Origin: Welwitschia mirabilis
Taxonomy: Eukaryota
NCBI GenBank assembly: GCA_051453625.1
Contig: JBOZIK010000001.1
Span: 48,194,243-48,258,242 of the forward strand
Length of the DNA stretch: 64,000 nt
Reading direction: 5' to 3'
Shown here: piece by piece, positions 51,368 through 64,000 of the stretch
Position numbering within the stretch: the stretch's first letter is position 1
Layout: every line of letters starts with the position of its first letter
Program-made: the position numbers and the translations under genes
Notes under the pieces: model-generated
What the model was told of the DNA's origin: nothing
The model's input: the letters and a program-made list of their open reading frames with translations, nothing else
Database searches by the model: none

Positions 51368-52249
51368 GCAATTAATAAAGCTAAATTTTATGTAATAATT
51401 TTCTTATTAATGAAGAGTTTTTCCTTATGTCAATTATATATTTCATTAGTAAATAGATGTTTTTATCTATCTTTATGCCCACTAATAAATAGGTTAGTGG
51501 TTAGAATGTTAGAAGGTTAGTATATATATTTCATTATTGTATTCTAGGTACAGGATGCCATTTGGCATGAAGATGAGAGAGAAGGTTGAGGAGTGAATCA
51601 ACATAAAAACCTCAACCACTTGCCTATTCCTAAGGAGCAAAGAATGGAAATTGAAAAAACTGACTAGGGTATAAAAATGTGATCACCACCAAAGGTCAGG
51701 ATATTTTTGACACATAGTTCCAATAATAAACAAGGCAAAGAGGTTAAGTAAGGGAACTCCAACTCCTTTGCAAAAGTTTCAGTAGCACTTTCCCACATTT
51801 CATAGTATTACCTGAAAAGGAGAACACAATTATTAGCTCGTCTTTATGTACAATTGATATTTCAATATAAAAAATGAAAAACATTTGAATATCATTGTGT
51901 GCATATTTTATTACTTTAAAAAGTAATATTACTTCTATGTCACTCCTATTTGTGTAGTTAAACATAAACTAGGATAATTTCAGTGCTTAGAAATAAGTAT
52001 TAATCAATAGGTTGCTTAACTTCTATTATGTTTATTTATTTCTCTATTCCTCCTTAATGTATTATATGTACATAGTAGTTTGATTTTAATAAATAACTTA
52101 ACTTAGTTCAAGTAACTTTATCACAAGACTGTTATGATGATGAATTTTAAACTAAATGGTTAAGTCATAACTAGTTCTTTAGTAAGCCTTCATGTATTTT
52201 CATTTTAATGATTTGTGCTTATTTCAGGTTAATAGTAGAATAATTTCTA

Positions 52250-53056
52250 TACCTTGCGAGCATTGTTTATAGTTTTTAGTAATATTTTGTGATACTTTCT
52301 GCATTTATTTATAACATAAGCCACCCATCAATGGCCTTTTTTTTTACTACATTTATCTACCCTCTTAAAGTATCTCTTCCTTTTTTAAAGTTCTTGCCCC
52401 TAATCCATGATTCTTCACTAAGTTTTACCTTTTCTATGGCCTCAATAAGAGTGCTACAATGGAAAATCTTAATGTGACTTTGAATCATAAGATGCAAACC
52501 TATCACTAATCTACTTACTTTTACCACCTCACTTCTAGCTATCTTTAAGACATACCTTAGTAGATCTATGAATTTGTTTTCATATTAAGCCACTGTTATG
52601 AAGCCTTGCTTGAGGCTATAGAACTCTTATGCCTTTGCATTCTTATAGAATTTTGATATGTAACTCACTTGAAATTTAGCCTCAAAGTCCTTTCAAGGTA
52701 GTTAATCTAAAAATTAAGGTCTTGCCTTCTCTACTTTTCACCACAGTCCTGCACCTTTCTTTAGTTGATGAGTTGAGAATGCCATGAGTTGAGAATGCCA
52801 TATTTTATTCTAAAGTAAAGTAAAATAGCTTTAATTCTCATGATATGGGTAACAACCATACTTTATCTTTTGCTGCGTTATCCAATCTCTTAAAAACTAG
52901 AGGGTTTGATTCGTTGAATTGCATTATCAGTTTTCTAGATATTTATGCATCATTTTCTACCATTGGTTTTCTCTTGTAATTCATCCACTAGGCTATTGAC
53001 TAAGTTAGCTACAAATATAAGATTAGTAGGAGAAATTACTTCTCTTTTGGAGCCAT
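52250..53056 (-). pseudogene. Tekay/chromovirus-like gag relic
   Basis: ATG at 53056 gives MAPK; a decayed PP.F.G...WL gag motif lies at ~52900; directly downstream of an iMet PBS. Confidence 0.6.
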
Positions 53057-53116
53057 TGGTCAAATCCTATAAGTTCTTAAAAGTTTGCTATTAATAAGCA
53101 AAATTTTTAACCTAAG

Positions 53117-53128
53117 GCTTTAATACCA
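53117..53128 (-). other. Primer-binding site (tRNA-iMet), decayed
   Basis: Minus strand tggtattaaagc versus TGGTATCAGAGC. Confidence 0.75.
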
Positions 53129-53621
53129 AATTGTTAAAACCTCACAAGCTTTGAGAAATTTTATCTGATATTAACAAGATTAATATTAGTTAGATAGGCT
53201 TAGAGAATTTATTAGCATCATTTTTACACTACCTACATAATTCTTAAGCATTCTATAAAAGACTTATAGTAAGTTTCTAGGTCATTAGAATCTGCCTTAA
53301 TGTTAAACTTTATTAGGTTTTGCAAAAACATGAACATTAAGCTTTCTTTAAAAGATTTGATAATAAGGTAACTTCTTTGTGATAAGTAAAATTTGGCTTA
53401 AAAATATCTTACTTAGAGTAATTTAGTAGGTGAAATTACTTAATTAAGAAAATATATCTCCCAAAACCCACATTTACTACATGAAGCCATAACTTACAAG
53501 AGCATTTGCAAAAGTAGAGGACGTGATGATTACTCTCTTTTTTCCCCCATTATGAGTACATTTTTTATTAGCATTAGATTTTACCTAAAACTTAATTTAT
53601 TTAAGTATTTATTCTTTTATG

Positions 53622-54425
53622 TAAAACCCACTTTTACCTTTTTATATTAGCTTTTAAAAGTCTAAGAACTTTTGAAAGTGGCACTAAAAGGGTTCATTGG
53701 GATTTATTTGAAGTAGTTTTCACTTCTTAAAAAATTATTTTATTAAAACCTGCTTTTATCCTTCTATATTTGCTTTCAAAAGTTTAAGAACTTTTGAAAG
53801 TAGCATTAAAAGGGTTATTTTAGGTTTATTTGAAGTAATTTTCACTAATGCATTTATTAAAAGTTTCTCTTAAAAAGTTCTTTTATTAAAACCCATTGTT
53901 TCCCTTTTATATTGGCTTTTAAAATTCTAAGAACTTTTGAAAGTAGCACTAAAAATTATTCATTGGGGTTTAATTGAAGTAATTTTTACTAATTTATTTA
54001 TTACAAGTTTCTTTTAAAAAGTTCTTTTTATTAAAACCCACTATTATCCTTATATATTAGGTTTCAAATGTCCCAAAACTTTTGAAAGCAGTACTAAAAT
54101 GATTCATTGGGGTTTATTTGAAGTAATTTTTACTAATTCATTTTTTGCAAGTTTTCTTAAAAAGTTGTTTTATTAAAACCCAATGTTACCCTTCTATATT
54201 AGTTTTTAAAACTTCAAGAACTTTTGAAAGCATCACTAGAAGGATTCATTGGGATTTATTTGAATTAATTTTCACTAATTTATTTATTAAAAGTTTCTCT
54301 TAAAAAGTTCTTTTATTAAAACTCAGTGTTGCCCTTTTATATTAGCTTTTTTAAAAAGTCCAAGAACTTTTAAAAGTAGCACTAGAAGGGTTTTTTAGGG
54401 TTTATTTGAAGTAATTTTTATTAAA
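53622..54425. repeat. Tandem repeat, ~143-bp unit x6
   Basis: taaaaccca...tatattagc...aagaacttttgaaagtagcacta...tttatttgaagtaattttcact at ~53622, 53744, 53887, 54032, 54174 and 54317. Confidence 0.92.
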
Positions 54426-55429
54426 GACTCATTTCTTTAATATTATAGAAGAGCATTTTCATAGCATTAACATAAATTCTAGGAATGAATATGTAACTTA
54501 ATTTTAAAAAAAACCCAAAAAGGGTAACATTCATTTAACATTAAAATAAATGTGTAAATAAGAGTCTAGATTATACTAAAACTAATTATTATTGCTAAAA
54601 TAGATTAGACTGGAATCTAACCATTGAAAGAGCTAAAATAAAACTAAATCTAACCATTTTTAAGTATAATATTTACTACAGAAAAATAAGCTAATCAAGA
54701 AATACATTGTTCTACTACAAAATCATTATGATACTAATGTTTTCACTTTTAATAACCTTTAAAAAAAACTAATCAACCATAATAGAATCTAATTATATTT
54801 AAACATAACAAAATAAAATAAGGAAAAGAGAAAAATAAGAAGAATAAGAGTAATTTTTACAAACCCATAACAAGTCCTAGAGAAGGATTGATTTAAGAGA
54901 ATAAAATACAAGCCCAAAATCTAAGTCCCATAGGAAGGACCATACAAGAAATAAAATTTTAGCCCACAAATAGCATAATAAAAAGCTATAATTCATCTAT
55001 AAGAAAAAATATCATTATCACCATTTCTAAGATGTTTTCACTCTTATAATGCATAATTCAGAAGATTAGGCACTATTGTAAAGCTATTTTAGAAGAGTTT
55101 AATAGGATTAAGATGGACTAAATCAATTGTTGTACCTATTTAAAAAAAATACCAACAACACTAATATTAATTCCTTTTACCCCTATAATGTACATTTTAG
55201 GAGCTTGAACACTTCTAAAATACTATCTAAAATGGGTTTTAGGTTAAGAAAAATGCTATAAGAGACAAATAAATAATTCTATATAAATAAAAGAATAAGT
55301 ATTTATACAGAAAATTTTGAAGGGGCAGTAGAAAGGTGGAAGATAAGAGCTTGGGGGAGTGGAGTGTGAAATCTTGAAAAGTAGGGGAGAGAGTTTGAGA
55401 ACATTTGGAGGATAAAATATGGATTAAGA

Positions 55430-58400
55430 ACTCCAATAACGTTTTTAGGGGGGAAGGGATTAAGAAGTTTGAGGAAGTAATTAAGAATCATGGGTGAGGG
55501 GTTGAGAACTTAAGGAAAATAGAAAAAATTCAAATGACATCAAATTTTTTCCCAACTATTTATATACGAAAAGATAAATTTATAAAAAAGGAGAAATGTG
55601 GAATGTGCATTTCTAGCAAGGGATAAAGTAATATTTTTCATAAAGTTACAACACTCTACAAAAGCATCATAGATTTGAATTTTCTTTGAAACTAAGTTTA
55701 CAAGTATAGGGCATTAAAAAATTAGCTCAAAGGATAATTTTTTTTCATTCAAGAGTATAAATCATTAAGATTACAAAATTTTACTATAGCATAACTTTAG
55801 GATTTAAAGATGAAGGTAGTAATTTCTTATCCAAATGCTACTATCGCCATTTGATGATTAAATTTTTAAGAAGTTATTGTACTTGGGTTAAACGTATATG
55901 GATTAGAACTATTAAAAACATAGTTATTAACATAGTGCAAGTGAGGAAAGAGGGTTTCAAAAAAATCTAAAAGTATTCAAAATAGAGCAAGATGAGGAGA
56001 ATCCAAAATTTCAGAGTGAGAAGGTGATAATTTTGGTTATCTTAAATTTATGTTTAATAAAAATTAACAAGTTCAATAACACAGGTGTGCTCCAACTAGG
56101 AGGAATTTCATTCTTTTTTTTTTAATGAATTTTTTCATAATATCCTTGGTATTTTACTTTTATGGACATGAAAGCCCAATAAAGGGTATCACCTCTAAAG
56201 TTCACATCACCTAGTTGTTCTCGCTAGATTTTTATTTTTACTATTGAACAAGTAAAGCACAAATATCAACTTTACTTCAAGTCCCAAGAAATATTACCCT
56301 AATACTCTTATTTTTTAAAGACAATAATTAAAAGTTAGAAAAATAACAACTTTCAGAAGTAAAAATTATCCAAAAATTATAAAAACAAAAAAAGAGACTA
56401 AAGAAAAGGAGGAGAAATTTTGCACGAATAAAGAATTTTAACATTTAAAAGTAGACAAACCATTACTTAAAAAGTAAAAGGATTTTAAACTATACCTAAT
56501 GAGGTAGAATAAGTGCAGATTATAAAGTTTGAGAGCCTTCCTCTTGAGTTGTATGGCCAAAATGCTAAAGAAAGCCTTAAGAAGGAGTGAGAAAAGGACA
56601 AGGCATTCAAGTTCCATCATATTTATAAAAAGAGTTGATGAGGTGTTAAGTTTTCAAGTGACCACTTGGTTTTCTCCTGAAACTCCTCCTTTGGATAGGA
56701 AAAGGGAGAAAGAAGGGAGGCTTAAGAGGTTTGAAAGGGAAGGAGTTAAGAACTTATGGGAAGAGGATTGAGAATATTGGGACAATAGTTTGGAACTTAG
56801 AAAAGGTAAATAAAAAATAAAATAAAATGACATAAAGTCTTTCTTAGCTATTTCTACTAGAAAAGATAAATTTTCAAAAGAAAAAAAGACATAGAGTGTA
56901 TATTTCTAGTAAGGAAGAAAGTAACATTTTTCATTAAATTACAACATACAACACTCCACAAAAGCATCATAAGTTTGAAATTTTTCTATAATTAAATATA
57001 TAAGTATAGAACATCATAAAATTAGCTCATATGATGAATTTTTTAATCTAAGAATACAAAATATTTAGCTTCTAACATTTTTCTTTTGTACAACCTTAAA
57101 TTTTAAAGGTGAAGACATCAATTTCTTATCCAAATTTCACCACCACTTGATGGCCAAATTTCTAAGTACCCCTATACTTGTGACAAAATTATATCAATGA
57201 AAACCATTAAAACATAGTTCTCAGCATGGTTTAGGTGAGGGAAAAAGGTTTTCACAAAACCCAAGAGTATTCAAAATAGAACCAGAGGAGGAAAATCAAA
57301 AATTTTAAAGTGAGAAGATGAACATCTAGTTATCTTAAATTTATGTTCAATAAAAGCTTATAGTTTTAGCAACACAAGTGCACCCTTACTAGAAGGGATT
57401 TCATTCTTTTCTTTTTTGCACATTTTTTTTCACTCTCCCTTTCAATTCACTTCCATAGCCATGAAATCCCAATAGAGAATAGTTCCTTTGAGGTTTGCAT
57501 CACCGAATTTCCCTAGCCAGATCTTTATTTTTGTTATTTAATAAGTAAAAAGTAAATCTCAACTTTACTCTATGGCCTAACAAATATTGATGTAAAATTT
57601 TTATTTTGGTAAAATAATAATTAAAAGTTTAAAATATAACAACTTTTAAAATTAAAAATAACTAAAAATAAGAAAATATTAAAGAAAGTAAGTAGAAATT
57701 TTATAAGAATAGAGAGTTTTAGTATTACAAAGTAGATCAACTATCACTTAAGAATTAAAAGGATCCTAAAACATACCCAAAAAGGTAAAAGAAGAATAGA
57801 TTCTAAAGTTTAAAAGCCTTCCTCTTAAGTTGCTGGGCAAACAATTGAAGAAAAACTTAAGAAGAAGTGAAAAAGAAACAAGGCCTTTAAGTTCCATCAT
57901 ATTTATAGAAAGAGTTGATGAGGTGTCAAGTTTTTAAGTGACCACTTGAATTTTCCTTAAACTAGCTACTTTGGCTAAGAAAGGAGGAGGAGGAAATGGG
58001 AGAAGGAAAGGATTAAAGGATTTTATTACAAGAGGCGGGGGAGGGGGATGGGATCGAGAACTTCCATGGAAAGGGGTTGAGAATCTTAGAGAAGGGATCA
58101 AAAACTTAGAGAAAGATAATTTAAAAAATTAAATGACATTAAAGTTTATTCTAGATATTTATATGAAAAACATAAAATTCTAAACAAGGAGAAATACATA
58201 GTTTGTCCATTTCCATCAAGGGACAAAGTAAAATTTTTCATTAAATTACAAGAGACAACACTCTAAAAAAGCATCATAGGTTTGAATGTTTTTTGGAATT
58301 AAGTCTCTAAGTATAGGGCATCACAAAATTAACCTAATGGATAAAATTTCCTTCATTTAAGAATATAAAATATTAATCTTATAATATTTTGCTATTACAT

Positions 58401-59225
58401 AGCCTTAAAATTTAAAGGTGAAGATAGTAATTCCTTATTCAAATTCCACCACCACTACTTGATGGCCAAATTTCTAAGTAGTTCTTATACATATGGAAAA
58501 ATTGCATGGATGGTAACCATTAAAAACATAGTTATTAGCATGATCCAGGTGAGAGAAGAGGATTTCAAGAAGACTTAAAAGTATCCAAAAAAAAAAAATA
58601 AGAGGAGAAAACCCTAAAATTTCAAAGTAAGAAGGTGATCATTTTGGTTATCTTAAATTTATGTTTAATAAAAATTCATAGTTTTAAAAACACAAGTGTG
58701 CAGTTCACTTCTATGGCCATGAAAGCCTAATAGAGGGGATCCCATTGAAGTGGAAATCACTTAGTTACCATGGCTATATTTTTATTTTTGCTATTTAACA
58801 ACTAAAGCACAAATCTTAGCTTTACTCTGGCCTAAGAAGTATTACTCTAAAACTTTCAATTTTAAAAAACAACAATTATAAATTGGAAAGACAAAAATTT
58901 TAAGAAGTAAAAATTAGCCCAAAATAAGAAACTATTAACGAAAATAAGTAAAATCTTACAAGAATAGAGAATTTTATGATTATAAAGTAGATCATCCATT
59001 ACTCAAGAAGTAAAAAGATTCTAAATCATACCCAAAGAGGTAGAAAAAGTATAGATTTTGAAGTTTGAGAGCCTTCCTCTTAAGTTGTATGGATAAAAGC
59101 TAAAGAAAAACTTGAGAATAAGTAAAATAGAGATAAGGCCTTCAAGTTTCATCATATTAATAATTGATGAGTTGTTAAGTTTTGAAGTGACCACTTGGCT
59201 TTTTCCTAAACCCCCTACTTCGCAC
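55430..59225. repeat. Tandem repeat, ~1.3-kb unit x3
   Basis: aaaagcatcata at ~55660, ~56960 and ~58268; gtgaccacttg at ~56658, ~57938 and ~59187. Confidence 0.92.
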
Positions 59226-62200
59226 TTGGCTTTTTGAGAGAACAATGATAAAAGTAATCTCTTTTAAAATAAAAGTAAGGAATGACTTTTAATAATCATC
59301 TAAAGATTTAACAAACTTTTAAAATAACTAATGGCACATAGAAAATAATCTATCAATCATATTCTTTAACCTTAAACTTCCTCTTACATGATTTATTTGT
59401 AAAAATATAATTATTTCTTAGTTATGAGAGCGAGGATGTGACATTTCAATACTATGCATTCATGAGTAAATTTTTGATTTATATTGATACATTTTTACAT
59501 GATTATGAATTATCTTCATCACATATTTTATGTTCACCTTTATTTTAATTCAAAATTTTAGATGTAAATGTGATAAATTTTAGAAAATCAAAATATGAAT
59601 AAATTCTTCTTATTTATGTTTTTGTTTTCTTTAAAACTTAAAAATATTAGTACTTTCTTGAACTATGCAACAAGAGTCACTAGTCTTACATAGTTATATT
59701 TAAGAGGGCTATGAGCTTTGAGGAGGATATTCTCCTATTTGTTTTCCAAAAATTATCAATCTAGAAAAAAACCTTTTCATTTTTATTTGTAAGTTTGATT
59801 TTTCCTATAATCAATTATGATTAAGCTATGTACGTTTTACCTCAAAATCCTACTTTTTATTTAAGTTAGGTGATGTAATCAGTTACTAAGTTTTAAACAT
59901 CCATCTTTAACAATATTTTGTCTTTAATGCTTCATTACTTTTTATGATAGTGTATATTTTTCAGATGTGAAATCTATATGATTTATCATCTTTTGTAACA
60001 CCATTCTATGATATGATATTTGACTGTATTTTATTTTATTTTTTTTTTGTGTTCATATGTTTCTATACTTTTTTCAAATGAATAAAACTTTTATTTACTT
60101 TTTAGATTAATAAATAAAAGTTTACATTTATTGATGTTCTTACATTTTAATTACTAGCTCTTATGACATAGATATCATTATGGTTTCATGATCAATGGTA
60201 TTATTGTTTTATATATTATTTGATTTGTAAGATTAGCATTTAGATCCATAATTGTGTACTTGATCTATGAACATCCTCTTTGTTATCAAGCTTCATTTCT
60301 CTTATCATTATTACTTACATGTGATGTACAAGAAGACTCATTGGGGATGTTATGAATCTTGAATTTTTGATAAAATAAGGTACTAATAGTCATTATTTTA
60401 TATTACTTTTTAAAATATAGTACTACACTTAGACATATTTTTGCTCTTTTTAGGTGATAACTCAAAATGATGTATTATGATGTAATTTGAGCCTATTCAC
60501 GATGATTGTGATTAAAACAACGAGATTAAAAGTGAAAATATAGAGCATGATGGAATACTTTAACTTGAAAGCTCTCAAAATAATTCACTATCCCTTTTTC
60601 ATCATCATATCTTATTCCCTTATTAATATGATGGTTTTAACTTATCTTGACATTAGATGATATCAGAGTCTTTTAGAACATCAGTACCTTGGAAATTTAC
60701 ATTCTATGAGCTATAATTTAAACATTTCTAGCAATTTTTTAGTCAAGTTTGATGTTTTCATATCATATCAACTACAATGGATAACATTAAGTTAATTTAC
60801 TTTTTGGAAGCTAAGATAGTTAATTTTTAAAACTATGTATGTCATTGCAACTCCATTTTCATGAGTAACTTAGTGTTGCAATGTCATTTAGTAGTTTTGC
60901 ATAGTTAAGCATGAATTACATGTGATAATTCAATGGTTTTAAAATCTATTTGGCCTGAAACTAACTTAAGTGCACCTATAAAGATCCCTCCCTCAATGTC
61001 TAAACTTAAATAATAATGTTATTATAGCTAATTTATGTCATTTTAATGTGATCCAACCCATTCTAAAGCATTGTAAGGATATATTCTCCTTCATTTATCT
61101 TAAATTTATTTACTTTCAAGTTTATATTCTCTACATATCTTCTTTGAAAGACTTTTATAGTCTTCATTCATATCTTTGTAAATCCATTTTAAGTCTTCTA
61201 AATTCTTTTACAACCCATTTTCCCCCATTGTTTCTCCTGTTTTCATCCATCTCAAGGGTATTACAGATGTGGTGAAGTACATGTGAATGGATAATATAGG
61301 AGGAGAAGAAGGCATCAAATTTTATAAACAATTATACTGAAGACTAATAAAAAGGGTTGTGTTTTTATTTAAAACCACTAAGTGTTCTTTTCCTTATGTT
61401 TTTATTCTTTTGTTTACTTGATTTATACATTTTTATTATGGTTTTCTTTTAATTTAGTTAGACTTCTTATACTATGTTATATAATTATTTCTAATTAGAT
61501 TATTCTTCGTTTAGTACCTATCATGGCATTTTGAAATTTTGCATAGTTTATAATTCCATGTCAAAGAAATCGTGTGTTTTATTCCTCTTCCTCCTTCTTT
61601 CCTCTATTCTTCTCATTTTTCTACTACATTTTCTTATGATTCCATCTTTCTTCTAATGCAAATGATGATGAATTTATATTTTATTTTTTTAAATAATAGT
61701 AGATTACTTTTTAAATATGTTATTTATCTTAAATTATCTATTTTTTACATTAATTATTCTCGTCTTTCTCCTTTTCTCAAAATTGAAGTAGATTAATAAA
61801 TTTTAGTGCTCATTTTGATGATAACTCTTTTTGTATAACTCTAATTGTTCTACAGTTTTGTTAGTCATATCCTCTCATGATTTAAAAACTTTTATTTTTA
61901 ATTAGTCTAAATCCAAATTCAACCTCTAAACCCCTTTTTCAACCATTTGTAGTTAACATCATAGTTTCACTTAGAGAAATTTCTAAATTAGAAAATCTTA
62001 AATTTTTTGACTTTTCATAATAAATTTCTTTGTCATTATTAATGTCTTAATGTCTTTTATATCCTTCAAGAATATATCTTATAGGAATTTTTGAGTACAT
62101 TAAGAATATACAATCCATTTTTCTCAAGTTCTATAGTTTCCTTAATATTCTTCGTTAACCTAAGATTGATTGTAATTTTTGTAGTTTTTTTAGATGAACT

Positions 62201-62643
62201 ATTTCTATTGGTTTTAATCTATTCTTCTTAATCTTAAATATTTGGTAGTACTTATTTTAGTAAATATGCTAAGGTTTTAAGAATTATTAAGTCAAGTCTT
62301 ATAAATGTTCTCTCTCCCTTCTTTCTCTCTTCTTCCTTTTATTATTAGTCAAAATAACTTGAAATTAGCTAAGTCTCACTTTGATTTAATAAACATTTAC
62401 ATGCTAGTTTTTTAATTATCTATTTATTTACAAACTAATTAAGATGTGCTAATTATTTTATAACTTATTTTATGATAACTAAAGAGTTATCTTTCAAGTG
62501 AATTGTATTTTACTTTAATAAAAATCTTTTTAAAGTCAAATTGNNNNNNNNNNNNNNNNNNNNNNNNNNNNNNNNNNNNNNNNNNNNNNNNNNNNNNNNN
62601 NNNNNNNNNNNNNNNNNNNNNNNNNNNNNNNNNNNNNNNNNNN

Positions 62644-64000
62644 AAGTTCTTCAAAATAGACAACACAAAAAATATAGTAATCCCATAACAACTATGATTG
62701 ATGTAAACATAGATGGAAATTTAAAGTTGAATCACTTGTAGATCTTAGAGTAAGTATTAATGTGATGAACTGTAAAACTTATGAGGAATTAAGAAAACCA
62801 AAACTAATGCCTTACCAAGGGAAAGTTTACCTAGAAGATGGCTCAATAGTTATGCCAGAAGAAGTTTTAATGGACATACTTATAGAACTCTAAGTTTTTA
62901 TTTATTTAATAGACTCATTGGTCATGAAAACTCAAGGAGATACCCACGCAGTAATTCTTAGAAGACTATGAATGGCTACTATAGATGCTACTATCTACTC
63001 TATAAGATAAGTAATAAAAATTAGTCTTAGAGATATTNNNNNNNNNNNNNNNNNNNNNNNNNNNNNNNNNNNNNNNNNNNNNNNNNNNNNNNNNNNNNNN
63101 NNNNNNNNNNNNNNNNNNNNNNNNNNNNNNNNNNNNNNNNNNNNNNNNNNNNNNNNNNNNNNNNNNNNNNNNNNNNNNNNNNNNNNNNNNNNNNNNNNNN
63201 NNNNNNNNNNNNNNNNNNNNNNNNNNNNNNNNNNNNNNNNNNNNNNNNNNNNNNNNNNNNNNNNNNNNNNNNNNNNNNNNNNNNNNNNNNNNNNNNNNNN
63301 NNNNNNNNNNNNNNNNNNNNNNNNNNNNNNNNNNNNNNNNNNNNNNNNNNNNNNNNNNNNNNNNNNNNNNNNNNNNNNNNNNNNNNNNNNNNNNNNNNNN
63401 NNNNNNNNNNNGAAAACCAAAACTAATGCCTTATTAAGGAAACATTTACCTAGAAAATGGCACAACAGTTATGCCAAAAGGAATTTTAAAGAATATACAT
63501 AAGAACTCCAAGGTTTTATTTATTTACTAGACTCATTAATCATGAAAACTCAGGGAGATACCCATGCAGTAATTCTTGAGAGGTCATGGATAACTACTGT
63601 AGATCCTGCTATCTACTCTAGAAGAGTACTAATAGAAATTAGTCTTGGAGATCTTAAAAAATAAATTAAACTTTCTGATGTAGCAGGTGTTAAAGAAATG
63701 GTATAGAACACCGAGGTAAGAACCAATGCAATTTTAACTTAGGAAGTTAATCTAATGTTAAACAAATAAAATGAGGAGAGATATAAAAAAGAAGATTTAG
63801 CAACTAAAGAAATAGAAAAACCTCCTTTTAAGGAAGGGTTAGAGTATATTAAGGTAGCTCCTAATAGATCTTTGATCATAAACAATTATTTAACTCATTC
63901 TCAAAAGATAAGACTTAAAATAATGTTAATCAAAAGAAAAGGAGCTTTTACTTAGGATCATACTGATATCAAAAGAATAAATCCAAATATTTATTAACAC
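62644..64000 (+). pseudogene. Gypsy (Athila-like) protease and RT N-terminal relic; runs off the right edge
   Basis: KPKLMPYQGKVYLEDGSIVMPEEVLMDIL...VIL.RL (present on both sides of a gap) and AFT*DHTDIKRINP at the window end. Confidence 0.75.

Larger units (their letters stand above)
53132..59443 (-). repeat. Putative ~6.3-kb 5' LTR of the Tekay-like element
   Basis: Starts TG 3 nt from the PBS and ends cgaggatgtgaca (minus strand TGTCACATCC, a typical Tekay LTR terminus). No second LTR in the window to confirm it. Confidence 0.6.

Noticed and set aside
2672..53128. tRNA-complementary 12-18-mers as tRNA genes
   Set aside because: They are retrotransposon primer-binding sites with no cloverleaf context.
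347..63465. Long ORFs in the track made mostly of X
   Set aside because: They span assembly N gaps and are open only because N runs contain no stop codons.

Overview
AT-rich, gapped plant nuclear DNA consisting almost entirely of nested, decayed LTR retrotransposons, plus one intact host gene. Left to right: a Sirevirus-like Copia relic (-, 1-~3915); a 2.3-kb chimeric LTR-derived tandem repeat (~3986-10069); an Athila-type Gypsy relic (+; gag-protease ~10140-12180, env-like relic ~22330-23150, LTR ~24562-25880) interrupted by a two-LTR Sirevirus with a 4/5-matching target-site duplication (TSD) (-, 12660-20630); a second Copia relic (-, ~25990-30183); a solo LTR (30449-31410); a CpG-retaining island (~33900-38300) holding a minus-strand 349-aa gene of an uncharacterised plant family (DUF7138-like, from recall) with a 5'UTR intron and TATA box; an Ogre/Retand-type Tat element (+, 38659-~51367) with an extra RNase H, a nested Sirevirus LTR fragment and an unexplained antisense ORF relic between protease and RT; a Tekay-like relic (-) whose ~6.3-kb LTR is mostly internal tandem repeats; and an Athila-like pol fragment at the right edge. 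Transposon sequence shows pervasive C>T/G>A decay. I found no convincing new biological system. The best leads are the antisense relic in the Tat element, the unequal decay of its two LTRs, the chimeric macro-repeat, the repeat-inflated LTR and the gene itself. Family assignments are from remembered motifs, not searches; boundaries marked ~ are approximate.
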